Counted from the first letter of the stretch, positions 20,480 to 30,926 are shown. The stretch: DNA of 64,000 nt from Candidatus Zixiibacteriota bacterium (GCA_043819555.1 JBDREQ010000073.1:233950-297949); one strand, 5' to 3'. Numbers and translations are program-made. The notes: generated from the letters alone by a model not told the origin.

Positions 20480-21775
20480 ATGATAGATGCGACAATTGAT
20501 AAATTAGGTGAATTTGTCGGCCAGGAAGTCACCGTCTCCGGTTGGCTTTACAACAAACGTTCCAGCGGAAAAATAAAGTTCCTGCTCGTGCGAGACGGCA
20601 CGGGCGTTGTCCAATCGGTACTGGTCAAATCGGAACTGCCGGAAGAAATCTTTGGCCTTTATGGCGAACTTACGCAGGAAAGTTCGCTCAAAGTTACCGG
20701 ATCAATTCGAGAAGAACCTCGCTCACCCGGAGGCTATGAGCTCAATGTAACGAATATTGAAATTGTTCAGAAGGCTGATGAATATCCGATTACTAAAAAG
20801 GAACATGGCGTTGAGTTTTTGCATAATTATCGGCATTTATGGCTTCGTTCATCGAGGCAAATCGCCATCATGCGAATTCGTAATCAAATTATCTGGGCTA
20901 TTCGAGAATTCTTCAAAAAGAACGATTTTATTCTGATGGATTCTCCGATCCTGACCGGTTCAATCGGGGAAGAGGCCGGAACTCTTTTCTCGACTGATTA
21001 TTTCAAACTTGGAAAAGCCTACCTGGCCCAAACTGGACAATTGTATCTTGAAGCCGGTTGTATGGCCCACCGCAATGTTTATTGCTTCGGACCAACATTT
21101 CGCGCGGAAAAATCTCTAACCCGCAGACACCTGACCGAATTCTGGATGATTGAAGCAGAAATGGCTTACTGCGATTCCGAAGGAAATATGAAAAACCAGG
21201 AAGAGATGGTAACCTATGTTGTTAAATCAGTTCTGCAAAATTGTCAAAAGGACCTTGAAAAACTGGAACGGGATATTTCTAAACTGGAAGTAATTGATTC
21301 GCCATTTCCTCGAGTTGATTATGGTGAAGTTGTCAAGATTTTACAGGTACATGGTTCTGCTATTAAATGGGGTGACGACCTTGGAGCTGAAGATGAAACG
21401 ATCATCTCAAACATGCATGACCGCCCTGTTTTCGTAACTAATTATCCAAAAGTTGCCAAAGCATTTTATATGAAGGAAAACCCCGATAATCCGGATACAA
21501 TTCTGTGCTCTGACCTTTTGGCGCCCGAAGGATACGGTGAAATTATCGGTGGTTCGCAAAGAGAAGATGATCTTGAAAAACTCCTGGCTCGAATCAGGGA
21601 GGAAAAACTGCCGGAGGAAACCTACGAATGGTATCTCGATCTGAGAAAATACGGTTCCGTGCCTCATTCCGGTTATGGTCTTGGAGTTGAGCGCGTGATT
21701 ACATGGATTTGCGGGATTCATCACATTCGTGAGACAATACCTTTCCCGCGCTTAATAACAAGGCTTTATCCTTGA
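20480..21775 (+). CDS. asnS: Asparagine--tRNA ligase
   Basis: OB-fold start, FRAEKSLTRRHLTEFWMIE, GEIIGGSQRE and PHSGYGLGVER. ATG 20480 follows aggag (the ORF track starts at 20453). Confidence 0.95.
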   Translation: MIDATIDKLGEFVGQEVTVSGWLYNKRSSGKIKFLLVRDGTGVVQSVLVKSELPEEIFGLYGELTQESSLKVTGSIREEPRSPGGYELNVTNIEIVQKADEYPITKKEHGVEFLHNYRHLWLRSSRQIAIMRIRNQIIWAIREFFKKNDFILMDSPILTGSIGEEAGTLFSTDYFKLGKAYLAQTGQLYLEAGCMAHRNVYCFGPTFRAEKSLTRRHLTEFWMIEAEMAYCDSEGNMKNQEEMVTYVVKSVLQNCQKDLEKLERDISKLEVIDSPFPRVDYGEVVKILQVHGSAIKWGDDLGAEDETIISNMHDRPVFVTNYPKVAKAFYMKENPDNPDTILCSDLLAPEGYGEIIGGSQREDDLEKLLARIREEKLPEETYEWYLDLRKYGSVPHSGYGLGVERVITWICGIHHIRETIPFPRLITRLYP

Positions 21776-21791
21776 GTGGAGACTATCATAG

Positions 21792-24275
21792 ATGGACAAT
21801 ACGGAAAATAAATATAAATATGACTTCAAAGCCATAGAGGAAAAATGGCGCAAGAAATGGGATGAAACGGAATTATTTAAAGCTTCCGATGATCCCAAAA
21901 GGAAGTTCTATCTTCTGGTCATGTTCGCCTACCCATCCGGCGATATTCATATGGGCCATTTTCGAAATTATACCCTCGGTGATGCCGTCGCCCGCTACAA
22001 GATGATGAACGGTTATGAAATTCTTCATCCCTTCGGTTGGGATGCCTTTGGATTACCGGCTGAAAACGCAGCAATTAGGCGTGGCCTGCATCCTCAGGAC
22101 TGGACCTTGAATAATATTGAAGTCTCGCGAGCAACTCTTAAAAAAGTAGGCATCTCCTTTGACTGGAGTCGCGAAATAGCCTCATGCCTTCCGGATTATT
22201 ACCGCTGGTCACAATGGATTTTCCTTCAACTTTTTGATCGAGGTTTAGCTTATAGAAAGAAAGCTAAAGTCAATTGGTGCCCTGCCTGCAACACCGTCCT
22301 GGCCAATGAGCAGGTTATAAACGGCCATTGCGAACGCGATGATTCTCTAGTCGAACTGCGGGAGCTTGAACAGTGGTTTCTCAAAATCACCGATTATGCC
22401 GAGCGGCTCAATAATTCTCTGGATGATTTGTCCGGCTGGCCCGATTCGATGAAAGCAATTCAGCGAGAATGGATCGGCCGTAGCGAAGGCTGTGAAATAG
22501 ATTTTATCATAGAAGGAACCGGCGAAAAATTGCCCGTATTTACTACCCGCCCGGATACTGTTTATGGCGTTACTTTTATGTCGATTGCCCCTGAGGCCGA
22601 ACTGCTAAAAAGACTAAATATCCCGGAAGATCGAAAAAGTGCGGTTTCTGACTATATTGAACAAGCCAAAAAGAAAACAGAAGTTGAACGGGCCGCCGCC
22701 GATGAAAAAGACGGTGTCTTTACCGGATGCCATGTTATAAATCCGTACAATGGTGAAAAAGTACAGCTCTGGGTGGCCGATTATGTCCTGGCAGGATATG
22801 GCACGGGTGCTGTCATGGCGGTTTCGGCTCATGATCAGCGGGATTTTGAGTTTGCCAAAAAATATGATATCCCCATCAAAGTTGTCATTAAAACAATAGA
22901 AGGCATAGTGCTAAATCCCGAAAAGATGTCTGAAGCCTACACTGAACCTGGCGAAATGGTTAATTCTGATTTATTTGATGGGACAAGCGCTGAAAACGCC
23001 ATAAAGAATACAATAAAATACGCGGAAGATATTAATATTGGCCGGGCTCAGATTAATTTTCGCATTAGAGACTGGTTAATTTCAAGGCAAAGGTATTGGG
23101 GAACGCCCATTCCGATCATTCATTGCCAAACATGCGGACCGGTTAGAGTTCCTGACAATGTTTTGCCCGTAATTCTCCCGAAGGTCGAAAACTATTTGCC
23201 AAAAGGCCGTTCGCCGCTGGCTGATGTCGAAGAATATATAAACGTTTCCTGCCCAAAATGCGGGGGAGAGGCTCATCGTGATCCAGATACTATGGATACT
23301 TTTATCTGCTCCTCGTGGTATATGCTTCGTTATCTGGACCCCCAAAACAGTGATAGAGTTTTTGATCCGGAAAAAGCCGATAAGTGGATGCCGATAGACC
23401 AGTATATTGGCGGCGCCGAGCATGCCGTCGGCCATTTGATTTATTTCCGGTTTTTTACGAAATTCCTGAAAGATATCGGCCTTCTAAATGTCGACGAACC
23501 TGTCCTGAAATTATATAATCATGGCATGGTCAATGATGAATTTGGCGACAAAATGTCAAAAACCAAAGGAAATGTAGTCTCCCCAATCGAATTAATTGAA
23601 AACTCAGGCGGTGATATCACTCGTTTAGCGATGTTCTTTAAGGCGCCATCTAATGTACCCGTAAATTGGACCGACGATCTTATTGTAAGTATGGGAAAAT
23701 TCGTTTCGGGAAGATTATTCAACATAATTAACTATTATGACTGTGACACGGAAATTGATTTAAAGTATTACTTTAAAGACAGCGATCTGTCTGTCGAAGA
23801 ATTTCGCACCTATGTCCGGTTGAATCAGACTATTAAGCTGATCACTCATGATATTGAACGGCTTCAAATTAACACCGTGGTTGCGGCCTTAATGAAATTT
23901 CTCAATGAATTCAATCCCGATAGCATAAATAATAAACTCAAAAACTACTGTATTCTCAAACTAACACAATTAATCGCGCCGATTGCGCCGCATTTGGCCG
24001 AGGAAATGTGGGATTTAGCTGGTCGGCCATATTCAGTTTTCCAATCCGAATGGCCTCGATACGACGAAAACGCGATAGTAGCCGATACTATTACGATTGC
24101 TGTTCAGGTTAATGGTAAACTGCGAGGTAAGATTGAAGTCGCTGCCGATGCCGATCCAGGGGCTATACTCATAGAAGCGAAACAGGCTGAGCGGGTAAAG
24201 ATCCATCTAGAAAACAAGAAAATCTTAAAAGAAATATATGTCAAAGGTCGACTGGTCAACTTTGTGGTAAAATAG
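21792..24275 (+). CDS. leuS: Leucine--tRNA ligase
   Basis: YPSGDIHMGH, GWDAFGLPAENAA, DWLISRQRYWG, KMSKT and VQVNGKLRG. Confidence 0.97.
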   Translation: MDNTENKYKYDFKAIEEKWRKKWDETELFKASDDPKRKFYLLVMFAYPSGDIHMGHFRNYTLGDAVARYKMMNGYEILHPFGWDAFGLPAENAAIRRGLHPQDWTLNNIEVSRATLKKVGISFDWSREIASCLPDYYRWSQWIFLQLFDRGLAYRKKAKVNWCPACNTVLANEQVINGHCERDDSLVELRELEQWFLKITDYAERLNNSLDDLSGWPDSMKAIQREWIGRSEGCEIDFIIEGTGEKLPVFTTRPDTVYGVTFMSIAPEAELLKRLNIPEDRKSAVSDYIEQAKKKTEVERAAADEKDGVFTGCHVINPYNGEKVQLWVADYVLAGYGTGAVMAVSAHDQRDFEFAKKYDIPIKVVIKTIEGIVLNPEKMSEAYTEPGEMVNSDLFDGTSAENAIKNTIKYAEDINIGRAQINFRIRDWLISRQRYWGTPIPIIHCQTCGPVRVPDNVLPVILPKVENYLPKGRSPLADVEEYINVSCPKCGGEAHRDPDTMDTFICSSWYMLRYLDPQNSDRVFDPEKADKWMPIDQYIGGAEHAVGHLIYFRFFTKFLKDIGLLNVDEPVLKLYNHGMVNDEFGDKMSKTKGNVVSPIELIENSGGDITRLAMFFKAPSNVPVNWTDDLIVSMGKFVSGRLFNIINYYDCDTEIDLKYYFKDSDLSVEEFRTYVRLNQTIKLITHDIERLQINTVVAALMKFLNEFNPDSINNKLKNYCILKLTQLIAPIAPHLAEEMWDLAGRPYSVFQSEWPRYDENAIVADTITIAVQVNGKLRGKIEVAADADPGAILIEAKQAERVKIHLENKKILKEIYVKGRLVNFVVK

Positions 24276-24356
24276 TACTCTAATTTGGTCAAATAGGGCT
24301 CGAATAGATTAATTAAATACCTGAGTCTTTTTAAAAAGTAGAATTAGATTATATTA

Positions 24357-24384
24357 AGTAGACATAATGTATCTTATGGGACGT
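24357..24384 (-). other. dif-like XerC/XerD recombination site (candidate chromosome dimer-resolution site)
   Basis: The minus strand reads ACGTCCCATAA-GATACA-TTATGTCTACT: 11-6-11 architecture with the CATAA-N6-TTATG core. It is intergenic between convergent genes. Confidence 0.75.
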
Positions 24385-24432
24385 TATGAGAATAATCTAT
24401 ATTAGTGTTTTTTCGTCCGTAAGCTCTTTTCA

Positions 24433-25701
24433 CTATTTACCGAATATCTTGAAGAATTTGTCTGCCTTGGCGACAGTTTCCAAATACTCACTTTCCGGAT
24501 TGGAATCGACAACGATACCACTTCCGGCATAGAAATTAAACACGGATTTGGGTTTATCATAATACCCTATTCTGATGCCAACCGATGATTCTATGTTCTT
24601 TTCATCATAAATGACAAACATACTGCCGCAGTAAATGTCTCTGGAATGAGGTTCCAATTCATCTATCAATTCCATTGCCATTTTCTTAGGACATCCGGTA
24701 ATCGAACCTCCCGGAAAAGCATCGCAAAGCAAATCAATGACGGAAGCCTCTTCCCCTAATTTCCCCCTGACATCTGAATACATTTGAATCAATTTATCTA
24801 CTACGAAAGTCGATTTATGGTTCTCAACAGCGACCGATCCATAATCGCAATTCAAAGAGATATCATTTCGTACCATATCGACGATCATAGAAAGCTCTGC
24901 GCTTTCTTTCGGCGATTCAATTAATTGTCGAATCATGGTTTTATCAAACTTATCAAACGCCAGAGTGCCTTTTATTGGCTGCGACAAAACTTGTCCGTCT
25001 CGGACTCGCAAAAACCTCTCTGGCGAGGTCGAAAGAATATGATAATCGCCGCTCTCAAATAATGAATAAAAAGATGCAGGATAATCAGTCCATGCTTTTC
25101 GGAATAAATCCGGAATAATAAGCCTTCCACAGGCGATTGAATACTTAATAGTCAAGTTTAACTGGTAGACATAACCGTCTCTAATATAGTCAATTACACG
25201 CTTGACGCCATCTTCATACTCATCTTTTGACAAACTTGATGTAATCTGAGGTTGCTCTAATCCCGAATTGATACGTTTTCCTTCATTGGAATCATAGGTT
25301 CCAATAGAAGCCAGATATGTTTTTAATTCTGACTCATCAATTCCTCGACAAGTCATCTTCTCCCCATAAAAACTAATAACCGCATCATATTTCTTCAAAT
25401 GACCCAGAGGAAAACTGGATTTCTTTGTAATATGAACATCCCTGAATATCTGCCCCAGCTGATAACTAAAAAAACCAAACGTGATATTTTTATCTGAAAA
25501 ACAGAAAGTCTCGATATCGGTTTTACAGGTATTTTTATCAATAATCAGTTCCCGACAGGGATTAAGACAGATATAACCTGGCCCATATCCCGGATAGCCT
25601 GAGCTGGAATAGAATAAATCCGCCCCCTTCTCCCGGGACAGGAAAATTCCCAAATTACTAAACTGTCGCGGTGTGATGTTTATTGAAGAATTTGAACGCA
25701 T
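24433..25701 (-). CDS. pabB: Aminodeoxychorismate synthase component I (PabB-like chorismate-binding enzyme)
   Basis: SPERFL, PIKGT, AELSMIVDMVRND, FPGGSITGCPK and AGSGIV motifs. Confidence 0.8.
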   Translation of the reverse strand: MRSNSSINITPRQFSNLGIFLSREKGADLFYSSSGYPGYGPGYICLNPCRELIIDKNTCKTDIETFCFSDKNITFGFFSYQLGQIFRDVHITKKSSFPLGHLKKYDAVISFYGEKMTCRGIDESELKTYLASIGTYDSNEGKRINSGLEQPQITSSLSKDEYEDGVKRVIDYIRDGYVYQLNLTIKYSIACGRLIIPDLFRKAWTDYPASFYSLFESGDYHILSTSPERFLRVRDGQVLSQPIKGTLAFDKFDKTMIRQLIESPKESAELSMIVDMVRNDISLNCDYGSVAVENHKSTFVVDKLIQMYSDVRGKLGEEASVIDLLCDAFPGGSITGCPKKMAMELIDELEPHSRDIYCGSMFVIYDEKNIESSVGIRIGYYDKPKSVFNFYAGSGIVVDSNPESEYLETVAKADKFFKIFGK

Positions 25702-26212
25702 AATCTATAAAATAGACGCCATTAGTGGTTAAAAACGACTCGGGATGAAACTGATAACCGATTATTGGCAGATCTTTATGTCTGATCCCCAAAGGAACGC
25801 CGTTGGAGTTTTCGCATATTACCTCAAAACATTTCGTGAGTCTTTTTATATAAAGTGAATGATACCTGGCAACTTCAAACTCCTGACTATCAAACATGAT
25901 TTTTTCGGCCCGCCCATGGATGCATCCTGCCAGCCGCCCCACTTCGCCGCCGAAATATTCAGCCATAATCTGCATTCCCAGACATATTCCCAGAACTGGA
26001 ACACCGGATTGCATTAGTATCCTATAATAAGGATAATCAGACGGTCTCCCCGGTCCCGGCGAAATAACGACTAAATCATAAATATTAAAATCACAATTAG
26101 TAATCCGGGAATAAGGTAAAATATCGGGCTTTATCCCGGTAAATCCGGCGATCAGATGTTCCAAATTTGCCGTAAAACTATCGTTATTGTCAATAATTAA
26201 GATCTTTTTCAC
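25658..26212 (-). CDS. pabA: Glutamine amidotransferase component II (PabA/TrpG)
   Basis: IDNNDSF, SPGPG, GICLG, RYHSL and QFHPES. Confidence 0.85.
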   Translation of the reverse strand: MKKILIIDNNDSFTANLEHLIAGFTGIKPDILPYSRITNCDFNIYDLVVISPGPGRPSDYPYYRILMQSGVPVLGICLGMQIMAEYFGGEVGRLAGCIHGRAEKIMFDSQEFEVARYHSLYIKRLTKCFEVICENSNGVPLGIRHKDLPIIGYQFHPESFLTTNGVYFIDYAFKFFNKHHTATV

Positions 26213-26313
26213 GGGCCGAATATAACAGGAGAACCAGCAGCTGAAAAGGACTTTTAAAATATTTTAGCGCAAGAATGAATAAATAAATATCGGATTACTG
26301 AGATAAAAGAGCT

Positions 26314-26745
26314 CTAAAACCGATTCTTAAAATCATCCTGGCCGAATCGTTTGCCCTCGATTTTATTCAATCTATCCTCAAGAGTTTTAACAGCGTCGGC
26401 CAGCCCGCTGTCGGAACCTAATGGGATTTCATGGTCCATCAATACAGTCAAATCCAGAATCGATTTCTGCAATTGATCCATCCGGCGCGTAACGGAATTG
26501 ATCGTTCCCATGATCTCTTCGAGTTTGATATCGAGATTCGTTACCGATTTTTTCAAATCACTTTGGATTTCTTCGGCTTCCTTCAACACCCTTTTAATCT
26601 CAGTAATCGATTGCGAGCTGTCGATATGCCTTTCCGTTAAATTATCGAGCCGGGATTTAATATTTGGCAAACTTTCATCAAGAATTGACCCAATGGCATC
26701 AATGCCGTCAACCAGCTCATCGACCGGCGATTTGCTGCGCCCCAT
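26314..26745 (-). CDS. Hypothetical coiled-coil protein
   Basis: Heptad-like L/I periodicity; ggagg RBS 7 nt before ATG 26745; overlaps the 3' end of the S11 peptidase gene. Confidence 0.6.
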   Translation of the reverse strand: MGRSKSPVDELVDGIDAIGSILDESLPNIKSRLDNLTERHIDSSQSITEIKRVLKEAEEIQSDLKKSVTNLDIKLEEIMGTINSVTRRMDQLQKSILDLTVLMDHEIPLGSDSGLADAVKTLEDRLNKIEGKRFGQDDFKNRF

Positions 26746-27658
26746 TTTCATACCTCCCGGCCCGCTTGAAGCCAAAAAACGCCAGCTTTCGAGCCACGTC
26801 AAATCTTATATTATTGGTGGGTGAACCCAAAACAACAACCGTTATCTCTCTCCCCTGTTTATCCTTCATAACTGTCGCAAGACAATAATCGGATTCAATA
26901 ATAAATCCGGTTTTACCCGCCTCTACTTTCCAGCGGGATCGAACCAGCCGATTGGTGTTTATAAAATTCTTATATCGATTTTTATTCTTTGGCTTACAGC
27001 GATAAGTATACCTCGAAGTTGCCGCTTTTATTTCCGGATATTCCATGGATTTCTGAATCAATAGCGCCATATCTGCACTGGTCGAAACATTCCGTTCATC
27101 AAGTCCGGTAACTTCATATAATTTCGTATCCCGCATTCCAATTTCAAGCGCTTTTTCATTCATTTTCTCAATAAATTTCAGGCGCGGTATTCCCGAGGCG
27201 GTCGCGATGGCCCGAGCCGCGCGGTTATCAGATGCCATCAAAGCGGCATAGAGCAAATCCCGGGCGGCATAAGCTTCCCCTTTGTATATATGCGACTTGG
27301 CTGATTTATAACAGTCTCTGCCGGAAATATAAACGACCGAATCCAAATCAGATTTTATATCAAGATAAACCAAAGCAGTAAGAAGCTTAGTCAATGAAGC
27401 AATCGGGCGCACCTCCATCGGATTTTTCGAATAAATCCAGGCTCCGGATTTATTATCGACGATAAGAGCAGAACGGGCGTTCAACGATAAGCCGCGTGTG
27501 TTGCACATGGGAATATTACTATCATCTGCTTGAACGAGAGGAAAATTAAAAGCGATCTCTTCCGGCTCAATTTTGTCTTTGTCTCCGTACACCGTTATAT
27601 AAACGAGCGACAAAAACAGGGTCATAGCGCCGTAAAGTATGAGCCGCCTTTTTATCAT
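26717..27658 (-). CDS. S11 D-alanyl-D-alanine endo/carboxypeptidase (PBP7/PbpG-like)
   Basis: ASLTK, SDN and KTG active-site motifs; N-terminal anchor. Confidence 0.9.
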   Translation of the reverse strand: MIKRRLILYGAMTLFLSLVYITVYGDKDKIEPEEIAFNFPLVQADDSNIPMCNTRGLSLNARSALIVDNKSGAWIYSKNPMEVRPIASLTKLLTALVYLDIKSDLDSVVYISGRDCYKSAKSHIYKGEAYAARDLLYAALMASDNRAARAIATASGIPRLKFIEKMNEKALEIGMRDTKLYEVTGLDERNVSTSADMALLIQKSMEYPEIKAATSRYTYRCKPKNKNRYKNFINTNRLVRSRWKVEAGKTGFIIESDYCLATVMKDKQGREITVVVLGSPTNNIRFDVARKLAFFGFKRAGRYENGAQQIAGR

Positions 27659-28971
27659 CTGTATTTAATCCATTTCAATATTTCAGGAAGCGTTGCTCTT
27701 TTACCGTATATCAAAATCCCAACGCGAAATATCCGGGCCGCAACCCATATCAATCCAATTGTAAATAATACCGATGTCAGCACTCCCAGACAGGCTTCGA
27801 TTACAATCGGATCGGCAAACGAGAAACTCTCCGGAGCCATGATGTTGATGCGCGCCACCATCATTGTTGGCGTCAGAAGAGGAATAAACGACAGGACAAC
27901 ACTCAGAGTTGAATCTGGCTGTTGAACCATATACATCAACAAAAGAATTGGCAGCATCAGTGATATCGTGATGGGAAAAATGAAATTCTGCGCTTCTTTA
28001 TCGGTGTTACAGATAGAACCAATAAGCGCGAAAATCGTCGAATACATTACATAGGCTATTACCATATACAGCACAAAAAACACGATGATAACCGGATTAA
28101 AAATGATATCCTCAATATGAGCCGGAATATCAAAAGCTCCCCTGAAAACAAAGATACCAGCGCCAATACAAACCCAAACTGCCACCTGAGTCAAATTAGC
28201 CGCTCCCAGCCCAAGGACTTTACCCATCATAAGCTGAAAAGGTGATACTGATGATACCAAAACCTCAACAATTCGGGAATTTTTCTCATCAATAATCGAG
28301 CGCATGAGTATTTGACCAAACCCCATAACCGAAGTAAATACAATCAATATAAAAATCAAGGCTCCAAAATAAACAGATAGAAAATCGCGGGTTTTTCCGC
28401 CCGGCGCCTTTTGAATCATATCAATTCGCCGCGTCAGCGACAGGATATTTTCCACATCGGCCTCAATATTACTTTCCTCAAGACGTTTTTCGGTCAAGAT
28501 ATTGGATATAATGCGATCAAATCGTCGTGCAATCAGAAATCCCATCGATTTGGAAACCATCAGAACAGAATCAGTTTTTTCAGCATCAGGCATTATTACG
28601 ACATAGCGGTCCAACTCTTTATCAAGAACGAGACTATCCAAATAAGCTCTCAGTGAATCAACAACGTTCATATTGTTCGAATTGATACTATACAGTTGGT
28701 AGAGCGAATACGCAGATTGCGTCGAATCATTATCCAGTTTGAATTCCGTAATACTATCAGCAAACCTTCGACCGATTTGACTCTCGCTCATATCAATAAT
28801 TGCGAATTTATCCTGCTCTTGAGATACACTACTTGTAGCAAAAACAGCAGGTAAGACCGTAAACGCTACCATGATAATGGGAGTCAAAAATATGCCGATA
28901 ATGAAAGATTTTTTCTTGACGACCTGAGAATATTCCACGTTGAAGACTGTACGAAATTTATTCATGCCCAA
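27655..28971 (-). CDS. ABC-2 type exporter permease (NatB/YhaP-like)
   Basis: EKNSRIVEVLVSSV...GKVLG motif and multiple TM helices. Confidence 0.88.
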   Translation of the reverse strand: MGMNKFRTVFNVEYSQVVKKKSFIIGIFLTPIIMVAFTVLPAVFATSSVSQEQDKFAIIDMSESQIGRRFADSITEFKLDNDSTQSAYSLYQLYSINSNNMNVVDSLRAYLDSLVLDKELDRYVVIMPDAEKTDSVLMVSKSMGFLIARRFDRIISNILTEKRLEESNIEADVENILSLTRRIDMIQKAPGGKTRDFLSVYFGALIFILIVFTSVMGFGQILMRSIIDEKNSRIVEVLVSSVSPFQLMMGKVLGLGAANLTQVAVWVCIGAGIFVFRGAFDIPAHIEDIIFNPVIIVFFVLYMVIAYVMYSTIFALIGSICNTDKEAQNFIFPITISLMLPILLLMYMVQQPDSTLSVVLSFIPLLTPTMMVARINIMAPESFSFADPIVIEACLGVLTSVLFTIGLIWVAARIFRVGILIYGKRATLPEILKWIKYR

Positions 28972-29905
28972 TACTTCCCGGAGATGATGATTTAGCTTCA
29001 GGCAATTTAATATTACCGGCTTTAGCTATGAAAATATTGTAAAGTGAAGGTTCAACTTTTTCAAATCGATTTACGATTGCTCGGTCGGAAATATTTTTTA
29101 ATAGCCTATTGCTGTCAGTTTCGGGCTTAAGGTCAAGCTCATAATATTTATTGAACTTCGTTATCTTTTCTATATCCTCCAGCTGTTCAAGAAATCCGCC
29201 ATCGCCTTCAATATCAAGATAAATGCTATTTTTGCCAAAGCTCCTTTTTATCTCGCTCATCGAACCATCCATAACTTTTTTGCCGGAATTAATCATGCAT
29301 ATATAGTCGCATAACTTTTCGGCTTGCTCCATAACATGAGTAGAAAACAGAATTGTCCTTCCGTCCTTTTTCAATTCCAGCAATACATTCTTAATTAGTT
29401 CGATATTGAGAGGGTCTAAGCCTGAAAACAATTCATCAAGGATAATCAATTCCGGTTCGTGAATCAATGTCGTGATAAACTGCAATTTCTGCTGCATCCC
29501 CTTGGATAATTCCTCAACCTTCTTATTCTTATAATCCAAAAGATTCATCCGTTTAAACCAGGTATCCATGTTATTTAAAATATCTTTTCGATGAACATTT
29601 TTCAATTGTCCCAGATATAGGACTATTTCGCGCAGAGTCATTTTCCTGTAAAGGCCGCGCTCTTCGGGTAAATACCCAATTCTATCCTGGCTTTTTTCAT
29701 TTGAAGCTTGGTCGTCAATTATGATTTCCCCGGAATCCGGAATGATGATATTCATTATCATGCGAATGGTTGTTGTTTTTCCGGCGCCATTGGGGCCGAT
29801 AATACCGTAAATACATCCCCGGGGGACAGAGAGCTCAAGCTTGTCTACAGCTATTTTATCGCCATAGCGCTTAGAAATACCTTTTATTTGCAAATAATCG
29901 TTCAT
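28958..29905 (-). CDS. ABC transporter ATP-binding protein (NatA/YhaQ-like)
   Basis: GPNGAGKTT, GYLPEERGLY, LSKGMQQK and ILDE motifs. Confidence 0.93.
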   Translation of the reverse strand: MNDYLQIKGISKRYGDKIAVDKLELSVPRGCIYGIIGPNGAGKTTTIRMIMNIIIPDSGEIIIDDQASNEKSQDRIGYLPEERGLYRKMTLREIVLYLGQLKNVHRKDILNNMDTWFKRMNLLDYKNKKVEELSKGMQQKLQFITTLIHEPELIILDELFSGLDPLNIELIKNVLLELKKDGRTILFSTHVMEQAEKLCDYICMINSGKKVMDGSMSEIKRSFGKNSIYLDIEGDGGFLEQLEDIEKITKFNKYYELDLKPETDSNRLLKNISDRAIVNRFEKVEPSLYNIFIAKAGNIKLPEAKSSSPGSIGHE

Positions 29906-29949
29906 GGGTCGTTAATTTATTTCTATATCTGTATATCTGTCAACAAAAA

Positions 29950-30717
29950 CTACAAATCCAGATACTGCATCATCTGTCGGGCGTTTTTGACCGCCTGCCC
30001 CAGATGACAATTATTGAAAAAAATAAACGCCTTTTGTACGTTCGATTTTACATTCTCCAGTTTCTCTTTCCACTCGCGCAGTTCATTTTTGTTATAAAGA
30101 TAGTCATACCGGAGCGGTCCGCCATCCCACCACTCCTTCGCATTACGACCATGCAGACGAATATAGGCCGAATCGGTTGTCGTTATCAATCGCGGCGGCA
30201 ACAATCCCTGCAGTCGCGGCCCATCTACCGAGACAAAATGAGTTTCATCTTTACTCAATAGCTCCACCATTTCTTTCCGTAACCAGCTATCATGTCTGAA
30301 TTCTATATAAAGTGGATATGGCCGCATCAAATCCCGGCAGGTATGAAGATAGCCGAGATTATTTTGAGTGTACTTAAAAGACCATGGGAATTGTGCCAGG
30401 ATGCCTTTAAGCTGGCCTCGGTCGGCAATTGGCCTAACAGATTCTAAAAACTGTATGGCCGGTTTTTCGAAATCCTGTCTTTCATGGGTTAGATTTTTAT
30501 TGGCTTTGACAATAAACTCAAAATCCGGTTTAGTTTTCTTGACAATATTGTACATAACCACCGGATGCGGTATGCGATAATAAGTCGAATTAATCTCAAC
30601 CGTGTTAAAATACGCTTGATAATGATCAAGCATCTTTCCCTTTTGAATTTGTCCCGGATAAAAATTCCCGCGCCAATCCTCAAAACTATAACCTGATGTG
30701 CCAATCCTGATATTCAT
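29950..30717 (-). CDS. DUF72 family protein
   Basis: IGTSGY, VEINSTYY, QFP.SF, EFRHDSW, YIRLHGRN, YDYLY and FFNN motifs. Confidence 0.92.
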   Translation of the reverse strand: MNIRIGTSGYSFEDWRGNFYPGQIQKGKMLDHYQAYFNTVEINSTYYRIPHPVVMYNIVKKTKPDFEFIVKANKNLTHERQDFEKPAIQFLESVRPIADRGQLKGILAQFPWSFKYTQNNLGYLHTCRDLMRPYPLYIEFRHDSWLRKEMVELLSKDETHFVSVDGPRLQGLLPPRLITTTDSAYIRLHGRNAKEWWDGGPLRYDYLYNKNELREWKEKLENVKSNVQKAFIFFNNCHLGQAVKNARQMMQYLDL

Positions 30718-30842
30718 TTATCATCCCTGTTTTTGACAAATTCCATCCTTACCAATCCGCACCGTGGACATATCCATTTGCGCTTTTTGTGAAAAGAGCG
30801 CTTTTGTTCTTTCATCTTAATTTTGCATTTTCTGCAATACAT
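30714..30842 (-). CDS. 42-aa basic Zn-ribbon microprotein (CxxC...CPxCG)
   Basis: Hand translation: MYCRKCKIKMKEQKRSFHKKRKWICPRCGLVRMEFVKNRDDK*. Its stop overlaps the DUF72 start (ATGA). Too short for the ORF track. Confidence 0.7.
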   Translation of the reverse strand: MYCRKCKIKMKEQKRSFHKKRKWICPRCGLVRMEFVKNRDDK

Positions 30843-30926
30843 ATCAATAATTACTGCAATTTAATGAAATAATTCAATCACAAGTTTGAAGTTGACTTTG
30901 GAATTCCGCCTGACTATCGTTTTTAC

